A stretch of 40,631 nt of DNA, from the sequence record SRR2962707_2057, one strand, 5' to 3'. This document shows, piece by piece, positions 28,659 to 37,343 of the stretch. The position numbers were made by a program, and so were the translations under genes. How positions within the stretch are numbered: position 1 is the first letter of the stretch; each line of letters begins with the position of its first letter. Under the pieces are notes generated by a model that saw only the letters and a program-made list of their open reading frames with translations, was not told the DNA's origin and made no database searches.

Positions 28659-29810
28659 ATGAAATACGTGCTCGTCAGCACCTACCCCAAAGAGGGTACG
28701 CAGAATATTGGCGACAAGCTGATTGAAATGAGCACGGCAGATGCAATTCGATCATTCGACCCCACCGCCGAGATTTCAACAGTATGGCGGGCCGAAGACT
28801 GGGCAACGGTGAAGGATACAATTGCAGATGCAGATCACCTCATCTTTGCATGCCTAGCAATCCGCAGGAATATGCACACCATCTACCCCTATTTGCATCA
28901 TATTCTCGGTTCAGGCGTTCCGGTCTCGGTAATCGCAGCCGGCACCAATCTCCAAATAGCCTCTCCCGACATGTTCAAGCGAGGCTTTACGGCGGCCGAC
29001 CTTGATCTGCTCAAGCGCCTTTCCGAGGCGGCGGAGGTATTCACCACTCGTGGCGTTCTGTCGCAGGCCTTCTGCGATGAACAAGGTTATGCCGGCGCTA
29101 GGTTCAGTGGCGACGTCGCGTTTCTGGATTCGCGATATGATGGATGGACGTTTTCAAGAACAGAACGCATCGAGCGGATAGCCATCAGCGACCCCCATCA
29201 TGGCGAGGTGTACGTTCCGGTTTTCCGTACTCTGGTGACTGTGCTTCGGAAGCTCTTTCCGCAAGCCCGGATAGACTGCGCGCTGCATGGCGTGAACCCT
29301 GCCATTGAGGCCATCTGTTCAGGCATCGGCGTAGCCGTCCATCCGATCTATCTTGAGCCCGAGACCGGACTGGACATCTACGAGAAATACGATCTGCATG
29401 CAGGGTTCCGGGTACATGGCCATGTCAGTGCCCTCAAGCGGCGCATTCCGAGCTACTTGCTCGAGCAGGACGGCAGAGGCGCCGACTACGGCGCCACCCT
29501 CTCGCGCAAGATAACGGTGCCGTGCTACCGGGCTGCTCAACCAGCGGCGGAGCCGCGCGCCGTTGCTGTGCAGGCTTATCAAGCGCTCATCGCGCGGCTT
29601 GTGAGGCCCACTCCGCGATCTGTTGGTCCTGCGAAGGCGAAACGTTTTTCCGCCCCTTCGGCTGCTGCAACATTTCTTGGCGCCCTCATTGCACAGGATG
29701 CGCGTGAAGGCTTTTCGCGCTTTGATGGCCTTGAAGCCGATATCATGAGCTTCAACAACCGAACCCGGGCGGCGATTAAGCAAGTCTGCGCTGGTCGGTC
29801 GACCCCATAG
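28659..29810 (+). CDS. Polysaccharide pyruvyltransferase family protein
   Basis: QNIGDKLI, TTRG..S, GDVAF and GFRVHGHVSAL...IPS match the family's N-GD, R-x-x-x-S, D-P/V-A and R-x-H motifs; RBS gagggag. Confidence 0.72.
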   Translation: MKYVLVSTYPKEGTQNIGDKLIEMSTADAIRSFDPTAEISTVWRAEDWATVKDTIADADHLIFACLAIRRNMHTIYPYLHHILGSGVPVSVIAAGTNLQIASPDMFKRGFTAADLDLLKRLSEAAEVFTTRGVLSQAFCDEQGYAGARFSGDVAFLDSRYDGWTFSRTERIERIAISDPHHGEVYVPVFRTLVTVLRKLFPQARIDCALHGVNPAIEAICSGIGVAVHPIYLEPETGLDIYEKYDLHAGFRVHGHVSALKRRIPSYLLEQDGRGADYGATLSRKITVPCYRAAQPAAEPRAVAVQAYQALIARLVRPTPRSVGPAKAKRFSAPSAAATFLGALIAQDAREGFSRFDGLEADIMSFNNRTRAAIKQVCAGRSTP

Positions 29811-29825
29811 GTCTTACGGGGCCAG

Positions 29826-32800
29826 TTATCGCAGGCTCGGCAGTTGCTCATGTACCCAGTCATCCAGCGTGTGACCGATATCGAGCACCGCCGCGCCCTT
29901 TTCCCTTACATGTCCAATGAAAATTTTCCCCACTATTCCGCCCGCGACCAGCACGAGATCGCCAGGTTCGACCCCTTCATCGAGCTTTTCCATCACCGAT
30001 CGATAGACGAACGGTAACGCTTCGGAGCCGTTGTGGTACTTGGCGTTCAAAGTCGTCTTGTGATGGGTAGGGATGGCGACGATGTCGATTCTTCGGCCAC
30101 GTGTGAGTTCGGCTGGAAGGTTTTCCGGCTTCGTACTGGTTACGATGATGGTTTTGCCGGCCAAAGCGACAAGCGGTTCAATGGCACTGACGTCCTTAAA
30201 GAGCGCCACATTGACCTTGTCTTCGGTAATCAGTGCTTTGGCCGAAACGGCGGTCGGAACGCCATTGAGAACCTCGGTCAGGCCCCGGCCCTGAAGCGTA
30301 CGGAAAAGGGAGGGGCTTGTATCGGAGGTATCGCGAATAAACCGATAGACCGAAGGGATACCGACTAAGTCGGCCGTTGCAATCGCCTGCCTTGCTTCCT
30401 TGACGATCTGTGTCCTCAAGTCCACGGGCAGTTCGGTCCCCCACCAATGGCGCTCGCGATTTGCGACATCGGCTTCGGTAAAAAAGTCTCCCCCGGGAAA
30501 CAGATAGCCCTCTCCGTCGCTTAGTCGGACAAGCGAGAAAGGCGTCCTGTTCTTGAGGGCTGCGCTTGCGAGCTCCATGATCTCACGCGAGAGCGATTCA
30601 TCAGTGCGCGCGTCGATCAAACCCATGCGCGGGCGCAGTTGATCGTAGACCGGCCGAACACGTGCAGCAAACTCTCGAGCAATCTGGTTGGGCGCTGTGC
30701 GTTCGAATTCCTGTTCCGCGCGCCGATGATCCCAGCCACTGACAGGCGCGCCATCCAGAATATCGGCATTCGTGAGCTTTAGCGCTTCAAATGGCGTGGC
30801 TTCAGATTTAAAGAACCGAAGCAGTTCTTCATACTCGCCCTTGCGCTCCGGCGAACTCCTAAGCTTGCGAAGGACATCAATCTTCCGGTTTATGGGCAAA
30901 CGATCTTTGCCGGTCTTAGAACCACTCCAGAAGCGGTCAAGCTGCTCACAGGAACCCCGTCGAATGATCGAAGAGAACAGCATTTTTTCCAGTATAGCTC
31001 GCACTCGGGCATCGTCATTGTAGGCATAAATAAAGGTGGCAATTTCATCCAAATCGCCACCTTCAACCGTCATGTTGCCCCACTCGGACTTCTTGAGGAG
31101 GATCCACACCCCAACAGCGGAACTAGGTTCCCCCGCCTCATAGTCGCGAAGGACGACACTCAGGACCGGATTGCGGTTCTGAAACATCTGTTCCAGCGCA
31201 CTAATGACGGCGAGGGGAGTGAACGCCTGCGTTTTCTCGTTCATTCGCAGCCAGACCGCAGGCCGCTCCACAGCCTCAAGAGTGTATTCGATTAACTGCA
31301 ACAGGTCCCGCCCCGGCAGACTGACAGCAAGCCCGGCAGGCCCATTCCCACGCCAAATGGGTGCTCTGACCTCAATATCGGTGTAAAGATGGAAAAAGCG
31401 TGCCGCATTGTGGGTATTGATTAAGAGAAATCGTGCGGCCTGATCCGTAATGGCAAGTACCCGATTTGCCATAAACTCTGACAGCCGTGGGCTGGCATTT
31501 ATCGTCCCCAGAATTGCGCGTTTGGCCTTAGCTTTAGCTTGCGCTTTAAAGCGTCCCTTGATTGCGGTCCTATGGACCACCGGGCGTGAGTTCGCCTTTT
31601 TTGCAATCTCTGTCATTGTATCCACAAAACGCCTTTTTTCGTCCGCTTGCTCCGGGGTCGCAGTGGGGTCTAACTGGGCAAACGCCTCAATCCAATTTTC
31701 GTTTGGTGGATAGGCACGCCAGAACATTCCCGAAAGTTCGGAAAGAGTAACGCTGTACGTCAAACCCCGCGTCACGAAGCCGTAGTAGTCATCGCTCACC
31801 GGATCAAAATCGAAATTCTGATAAACCGGCAAGCCCTGATGCAGCAACTCGATTGCTATCGAAGAATTGCCGACTATGGCAATGTGGTCTTCCTCTGGGA
31901 TATCCTTAGAGAACGTAACCTCAAGTCCGCCCAGGCTGCCGTCCAACATCTTGGCCGCCGCGGGGTGTTGCTTGACGATGATTTTCCCGACCGATGGATT
32001 TTTCCGAAGCTCTTCAATTACGCGAATAGTTTGCCCAACGAGCACGCGCGCGGTCGGGTAGATCGCGACCGTCACCCCCTGCCCCCGCGTTGAGAAGAGA
32101 CGATCACGCGCGAATTCCTGTTCTTCACGCGCGATCACAAATGTTTCGCCACCCACGGGACTAATAGCCGCGTAGATTTTCCGGGACCGCTCGTTACGCA
32201 AGACGCTAAAATCGAAATCGAGCCCGGGAAAGTTCTCCGTGACCTCCGCATGCTGGAGATAAACGCGTGGAATTCCCAGTCCTTTGATGACCATCGACAG
32301 CGCGACCCGAACCGGTGAATGGTCGTTCGCCTGAACCAGGGCAGCCGGCTTGACGGCGCCCGGCCTTGAAAAGGCGAGCAGGAAATTAAAAAATGATCGA
32401 CTGTAGAGAATTTGCTGCCGAACGAGACTCGCGGTGATTTCGGTGCGTGAGTCGTAGAAATCCCTTACTTCTGTTGATATACTTTCGCGAGCGTCTTGTT
32501 GCTCGCCCGTAATTTTAGATACGGAAATACTTTCACACTCGGCATAGTTGGCATCTAGAATTTTGATGTTGGCGGAAGCGCAAATGCGCTCAAAAAACTC
32601 GAACTCCCGCAAATTGTTGCGGGTACTTCCCTCGCAAACGAACCCTTCGAACTCGGGTATGATTGCCTTGGGTTTCCGGCCCCAAAAACTCTTGTCGAAC
32701 AAGGCAATCGCCTCGCTCCGTTTTTTTTCTGTGTTGGAGTTTCCTTCGAACACTGCCCAATGGCTCTCGCCCAGGCGGTGCTCCATAAGCTCGTCGTAAT

Positions 32801-32879
32801 TCGCATTGCCATCTATGACACGGCTGACTCGCTGCAATCCTTGATAGTGAAACCGAAGCATATTCGCGATATCGGACAT
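29826..32879 (-). CDS. Large multidomain putative glycosyltransferase (N-terminal KpsS/sialyltransferase-like GT-B domain, C-terminal GT-D/DUF1792-like domain)
   Basis: 1017 aa from ATG 32879. N-terminal LQHA, KQHP and GNSSIAIELLHQGLPV; C-terminal PFSLVRLSDGEG, ADLVGIP and LVAGGIVGK...VLDIGHTLD. Follows wzt in the same operon. Confidence 0.6.
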   Translation of the reverse strand: MSDIANMLRFHYQGLQRVSRVIDGNANYDELMEHRLGESHWAVFEGNSNTEKKRSEAIALFDKSFWGRKPKAIIPEFEGFVCEGSTRNNLREFEFFERICASANIKILDANYAECESISVSKITGEQQDARESISTEVRDFYDSRTEITASLVRQQILYSRSFFNFLLAFSRPGAVKPAALVQANDHSPVRVALSMVIKGLGIPRVYLQHAEVTENFPGLDFDFSVLRNERSRKIYAAISPVGGETFVIAREEQEFARDRLFSTRGQGVTVAIYPTARVLVGQTIRVIEELRKNPSVGKIIVKQHPAAAKMLDGSLGGLEVTFSKDIPEEDHIAIVGNSSIAIELLHQGLPVYQNFDFDPVSDDYYGFVTRGLTYSVTLSELSGMFWRAYPPNENWIEAFAQLDPTATPEQADEKRRFVDTMTEIAKKANSRPVVHRTAIKGRFKAQAKAKAKRAILGTINASPRLSEFMANRVLAITDQAARFLLINTHNAARFFHLYTDIEVRAPIWRGNGPAGLAVSLPGRDLLQLIEYTLEAVERPAVWLRMNEKTQAFTPLAVISALEQMFQNRNPVLSVVLRDYEAGEPSSAVGVWILLKKSEWGNMTVEGGDLDEIATFIYAYNDDARVRAILEKMLFSSIIRRGSCEQLDRFWSGSKTGKDRLPINRKIDVLRKLRSSPERKGEYEELLRFFKSEATPFEALKLTNADILDGAPVSGWDHRRAEQEFERTAPNQIAREFAARVRPVYDQLRPRMGLIDARTDESLSREIMELASAALKNRTPFSLVRLSDGEGYLFPGGDFFTEADVANRERHWWGTELPVDLRTQIVKEARQAIATADLVGIPSVYRFIRDTSDTSPSLFRTLQGRGLTEVLNGVPTAVSAKALITEDKVNVALFKDVSAIEPLVALAGKTIIVTSTKPENLPAELTRGRRIDIVAIPTHHKTTLNAKYHNGSEALPFVYRSVMEKLDEGVEPGDLVLVAGGIVGKIFIGHVREKGAAVLDIGHTLDDWVHEQLPSLR

Positions 32880-32910
32880 TAAAATTACCTGTTTGCCGGG
32901 ACCTTCCGGT

Positions 32911-33669
32911 CTAGCCCTTCTTTCGCGAATCCATCCAGGACTGGTATTCCTCATACACTTTGTCGACGGGCCCATGCGCCCTTATCTGGCCATTTTCAAG
33001 CCAAACGAGCGTGTTCACCCATTCCTCAAGCACTCGACGCGAGTGGCTGGCGAGCATAAGAATTTTCGAGCGTTCGATAATTCGGGACTGCAATCCCCCG
33101 ATTGTTGAGTTCAGCGTGGGATCCGCCACATTGACCCATTCATCCATAATCAGAATATCGCCACGCACGAGGCGCAAAAAGCTCATCACCAGCCGCGACC
33201 TCATCCCCGCAGAGTACGATTTGACTGGAAGCTCAAAATAGCCCCCGAGTCCCGACAGCGCTTTCACCTCCTCGACATGCTGAAGGATGTTGCGCTGCGG
33301 CACTCCCATGTAGAGGCATTTGAGTTCGGCATTTCGGCGCCCGGAAAGTTCGGTCTTGATACCCGACCCCAACGAGAATTGCGGACTCACGCGCCCCTCG
33401 ATTTCGATTGTTCCCTTTTGGGCGGTCAGAGCTCCCGCGCACAGTTTCAGCAAAGTGGATTTACCCGACCCGTTAATGCCGACCAGTCCCACCCTATCGC
33501 CTTGTCTGAGCGAAAGCGAAACATCGCGAAGCGCCGCGACCTCAAGATAGCGCTTCGCGATGGTGACTTGGGCGCCGACCGAGCCTTTCTCGGTTGCCTT
33601 GTCCGAAATACCCGCCTTGCGCAAGAAATAGCTGACTGACACGCCCTTGATATCGATTTTTGCGCTCAC
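32911..33669 (-). CDS. wzt: Polysaccharide ABC exporter ATP-binding subunit (Wzt/KpsT), no C-terminal binding domain
   Basis: GINGSGKST, LSGRRN, PVKSYSAGMRSRL, ILIMDE, ASH. GTG 33669 overlaps the wzm TGA; RBS aaggaa. Confidence 0.9.
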   Translation of the reverse strand: MSAKIDIKGVSVSYFLRKAGISDKATEKGSVGAQVTIAKRYLEVAALRDVSLSLRQGDRVGLVGINGSGKSTLLKLCAGALTAQKGTIEIEGRVSPQFSLGSGIKTELSGRRNAELKCLYMGVPQRNILQHVEEVKALSGLGGYFELPVKSYSAGMRSRLVMSFLRLVRGDILIMDEWVNVADPTLNSTIGGLQSRIIERSKILMLASHSRRVLEEWVNTLVWLENGQIRAHGPVDKVYEEYQSWMDSRKKG

Positions 33670-34448
33670 TTGATGTTCCTTACGAAACTTTTTGAGCGCG
33701 AGAACGCCGCATAACCGACCACACAAGCCAATCCACAGATGCAGGCACTCCCGATCCAGGCGGCGGATTCAATGGGCGCTATGCCGAAAACCTGCCTCAC
33801 CATCCCAAGAAAGTAGGCTACAGGATTGTACTGGGAAAGAAGCTGACGCACGCCAGTACGCTCGGAAGCTATCCAAAAGATCGGGGATGCAAAAAAGATG
33901 AAACGAGTCGAGGTTCTAATCAGTGTGGCCATGTCTGGAACAAGAACCGTGACAATATTGACCAGGTAACTTACCGCTATTGACGTAGGGATGATAATGG
34001 AAATAAAAGGGATGAATAGAAAAATATGCCATCCTATATAATTTGGCCTTAGCAATATTATTGCAGCCACAAGAACAGCCAGATTAATGCTGTACTCAAA
34101 TAGACGATCAACAAGCAATTTACCAAACAACCCTGCGAGGGTCAGGTTATTATGGATCGCAAATTCAAGCCTTTTTTGGATGATATCCGTGCTGCCATTG
34201 ATCGATCCTTGGATGAATTGCCAGAGCGTGTAACCCGATAAAACGTACAGGAAGAAATCGGCCATCGGCACGGTGTCGGAATGCCGAAAAACTAGCGCCA
34301 GCATTGAAGTAAAAATCAACGTCGATGCTGGCAACCACAGCAGCCCAAGACGCGTGCCCTGATACTGAGACTGGGATTCAAGCAAGCTAATGTGCATAAA
34401 CCGCACAGATGTCGAAAGAAATGGCCGAATTCGGCGCCAAAGAATCAT
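33666..34448 (-). CDS. wzm: Polysaccharide ABC exporter permease (Wzm/KpsM)
   Basis: YQGTRLGLLW..., six TM segments, FFASPIFW, YNPVAYFL..VRQ. Start codon uncertain. Confidence 0.85.
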   Translation of the reverse strand: MILWRRIRPFLSTSVRFMHISLLESQSQYQGTRLGLLWLPASTLIFTSMLALVFRHSDTVPMADFFLYVLSGYTLWQFIQGSINGSTDIIQKRLEFAIHNNLTLAGLFGKLLVDRLFEYSINLAVLVAAIILLRPNYIGWHIFLFIPFISIIIPTSIAVSYLVNIVTVLVPDMATLIRTSTRFIFFASPIFWIASERTGVRQLLSQYNPVAYFLGMVRQVFGIAPIESAAWIGSACICGLACVVGYAAFSRSKSFVRNIK

Positions 34449-34555
34449 GGAAGTCCAGGTTGCCAATGCGTTATTAGGTCGGTGTTTAGCGGAAACGACG
34501 TTAAACGCAAACCACTGCGGCGAAAAATGGTCCAGCGTAAGGATGGCGCTTTGCA

Positions 34556-35797
34556 ATGAGAATCTGGCTTATCCGTGACCTTGAGCCGATCCCGACCGAT
34601 CCCGGCGACCGGCGCCTTATGCGGATGGGTATGTTGGCGCAAACGTTGGCGCGGCGCGAGCATCAGACGCGCTGGATCACATCAAGTTTTGATCACTATC
34701 AGAAGCGACAGCGACAGCCGTCGGACCAAGAGATATTCCCCGAGGCCAATCTTGCAATCAGCATTCTCCCTTGCCCGGGATACACCCGCAACATCAGCTT
34801 GGCTCGAATTCGGCACAATCGTGCGTTTGCGCGCGCCTTCGAAAAATACGCCAGAAAGATTTCGGAGCGCCCGGACATTATAGTTACCGACATTCCTACC
34901 ACGGAGGCGGCGGCGTGCGCGGTCGCGTTCGGACGACGCAACGCCATCCCGGTAGTCATTTCAATTCGTGATCTCTGGCCCGACTTTTTTACGGACCTGC
35001 TGCCCACCGCATTACGGCCATTGGCGCGACCGCTTCTTTTCCCGCTTGGTCGCCAGGCACGCCAGGCGTGCAGCGGTGCCAGTTCCATTGTCGGCATTTC
35101 CGAGGATTATCTGGATTGGGGGCTAGCGAAGGCTGGTCGTGCACGCTCCGACAAGGACAGGGTGTTCCCGTTGGGATACGCCGCACGAGAGCTTCCCCCA
35201 GTGGCCCGGCGAGAAAGCATTTTGTCGGAACTCGGGGTTCGTCCGAGCGCCCGGTTAGTAACTTTCGTTGGCTCGTGGGGCCATACCTATGATCTTAAGC
35301 TGGTACTCGACTTGGCGAGAAGACTGCGCGATCGTAGCGATATTCAGTTTCTGGTCGCTGGCAATGGAGAGCAATCGAAACGGCTCCTGCCGGAGTTCTC
35401 TGAACTGCCCAACGTCCTTGCTCCCGGCTGGATCAACGCCGAACAGATAAGCGTATTGCTCAATCGCGCCGATATAGGGTTACTGCCCTACACCGAGAAC
35501 GCTCCGCAGGGTTTGCCCAACAAGATATTCGAATATATGGCTTACGGCACATACCAGATTGCTACCAAGAAAGGTGAAATCGAAAGTGCATACGGAAGTA
35601 CGGGTGCCGGTATGGCACTTCAAAGCCCTGACGCCGAGACTCTCGCACACGCCATATGCATGACGTTGGGCACAGGGACAGTAAATCAAGAGCGCCCCAA
35701 CCGCGTACAGTACTTCAGAGATCACTGGAATGCGGAAATCATTTATGGGCGATTCGCTGACCATATCGTTGCATTGGCAAAAAACGCCAAAATCTAG
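34556..35797 (+). CDS. GT4 glycosyltransferase (WbuB-like)
   Basis: IRDLWPD, FVGSWG..YDL, GNG, PNKIFEYMAYG. Confidence 0.85.
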   Translation: MRIWLIRDLEPIPTDPGDRRLMRMGMLAQTLARREHQTRWITSSFDHYQKRQRQPSDQEIFPEANLAISILPCPGYTRNISLARIRHNRAFARAFEKYARKISERPDIIVTDIPTTEAAACAVAFGRRNAIPVVISIRDLWPDFFTDLLPTALRPLARPLLFPLGRQARQACSGASSIVGISEDYLDWGLAKAGRARSDKDRVFPLGYAARELPPVARRESILSELGVRPSARLVTFVGSWGHTYDLKLVLDLARRLRDRSDIQFLVAGNGEQSKRLLPEFSELPNVLAPGWINAEQISVLLNRADIGLLPYTENAPQGLPNKIFEYMAYGTYQIATKKGEIESAYGSTGAGMALQSPDAETLAHAICMTLGTGTVNQERPNRVQYFRDHWNAEIIYGRFADHIVALAKNAKI

Positions 35798-35866
35798 TAA
35801 CAGCCGAACCGCGATAAACTTGCGCCCTGTGCACAATCGGCATATGCCGGTCGTTTAAACCGCTGC

Positions 35867-37276
35867 GTGGCAGAAATGGAAGCCGTCCGCTTGTCCTCTC
35901 CTGAACAGTTGCCTCCGCATCGACTGGGCAAACGGCCCCTGTCCAGAGGAAATGGTTCCGCACGATCGCGCGCGACCACCACCCGCAACCGGCGCAACGA
36001 TCAGAGCCGTGCGCTGTTCGACGTTATCAAGCGCGGCGCTGTCTTACGGCGACACCGTTTTCTGACGGATCTTAGGTTGTTGCTTGTTCCTGCCGCCGTT
36101 TCCGGCGTCCTGCAATGTCTGATTTACGCGGCTTTCATGGTTCGGGCGGGACGCGGAGACTGGGGCAACCTGGTCACGGCTTGCATGGTGCTGGCAATCA
36201 TGCCGTTTATCGTATCCACAGTGCTGGCCGGCCTGCGCTCACAAGAGTTTCCGTTCACATTATCTGCGCTAATTACGTTGATTGTTTACAACTTCGGCGT
36301 TGTTGTTCTCTCAGCGCTGAGAGTTCCGATTAGCTATTCGGCGCTTCTGGCCGCCTCGCCTGTCGCTGTGGCCATGATGGTCTTGGCTGCGACCCGTCTT
36401 ACCAGAGCCAGCCACGAAAAACTTGCTATCCTCGATTTCCCTGGCGCCGCCGACGCCGCGGATATGATTGGGGGCGACATAACGACGATTAGCGAAGATG
36501 AGGCCGACGTCGCCGAGTTCGATCGGATACTGATCGATGGCGTCACCCATCACACGCCGGCGTGGAACCTGCATCTGACACGCGCCCAAATGCGTGGCAC
36601 CCAAGTCACGCCGTGGTTTGCCATGCTAGAGGAAAAATGGGGCCGCGTGACGCTTGAGCATTTCGACATCAGCCATCTGGCCTATTCGCCCAGCCAGCTC
36701 TACTACACTCGCATCAAAAGATTTTGCGATCTTCTCCTGGTCGTTCTGGCACTCCCGATCACGCTTCCGGTTGGGGCCGCCATCTGGCTCTACATTAGAC
36801 TGATTGACGGCGGCCCCAGCTTTTTCGTTCAAACCCGACGCGGCTTTGGTGGTCGAAATTTTCGCATGCTCAAATTTCGCACAATGCGAAGGGGCACCCA
36901 TGGCGGCGCGACGGGAAATGAGGACTCCCGAATACTTCCGGGCTGTAGCTTTCTGAGACGCTTTCGGTTGGATGAGATTCCCCAGCTTATCAACATTCTT
37001 CGCGGCGAAATGAGCTGGATCGGCCCCCGGCCCGTCTCATTGGAAATCGCCCGTCAATGCGAGAGTATTACCCCCGCCTATACCGCCAGATACCTGGTTC
37101 TGCCGGGCATAACGGGATGGGCACAGGTGCAGTTTAGATACGCGGGCACGGCCGATGAGGAGGTGGAAAAGCTCGAATACGACCTTTACTACCTCAAGCG
37201 CATATCGTTCGATCTCGACCTTGAAATAACGTTCCGCACGATCAGAACGTTGCTGACAGGAGCCGGCGCGCGATAA
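35867..37276 (+). CDS. Priming undecaprenyl-phosphate phosphoglycosyltransferase (WbaP/WcaJ-like)
   Basis: Four N-terminal TMs; C-terminal KRFCD, KFRTM, RFRLDEIPQLINILRGEMSWIGPRP, PGITGWAQV, YDLYY. Start uncertain (35867 or 35876). Confidence 0.9.
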   Translation: MAEMEAVRLSSPEQLPPHRLGKRPLSRGNGSARSRATTTRNRRNDQSRALFDVIKRGAVLRRHRFLTDLRLLLVPAAVSGVLQCLIYAAFMVRAGRGDWGNLVTACMVLAIMPFIVSTVLAGLRSQEFPFTLSALITLIVYNFGVVVLSALRVPISYSALLAASPVAVAMMVLAATRLTRASHEKLAILDFPGAADAADMIGGDITTISEDEADVAEFDRILIDGVTHHTPAWNLHLTRAQMRGTQVTPWFAMLEEKWGRVTLEHFDISHLAYSPSQLYYTRIKRFCDLLLVVLALPITLPVGAAIWLYIRLIDGGPSFFVQTRRGFGGRNFRMLKFRTMRRGTHGGATGNEDSRILPGCSFLRRFRLDEIPQLINILRGEMSWIGPRPVSLEIARQCESITPAYTARYLVLPGITGWAQVQFRYAGTADEEVEKLEYDLYYLKRISFDLDLEITFRTIRTLLTGAGAR

Positions 37277-37343
37277 TCGCGCCAAGCTGAATGGCCCGCC
37301 GAACTTCAGACTGGCTTGGCGGTCAGACCGCGCCAGCTAATCC

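Noticed and set aside
37281-37320. gccaag-ctgaa...ttcag...cttggc imperfect hairpin between convergent genes
   Set aside because: Large loop, a bulge and no U-tract; cannot be called a terminator.
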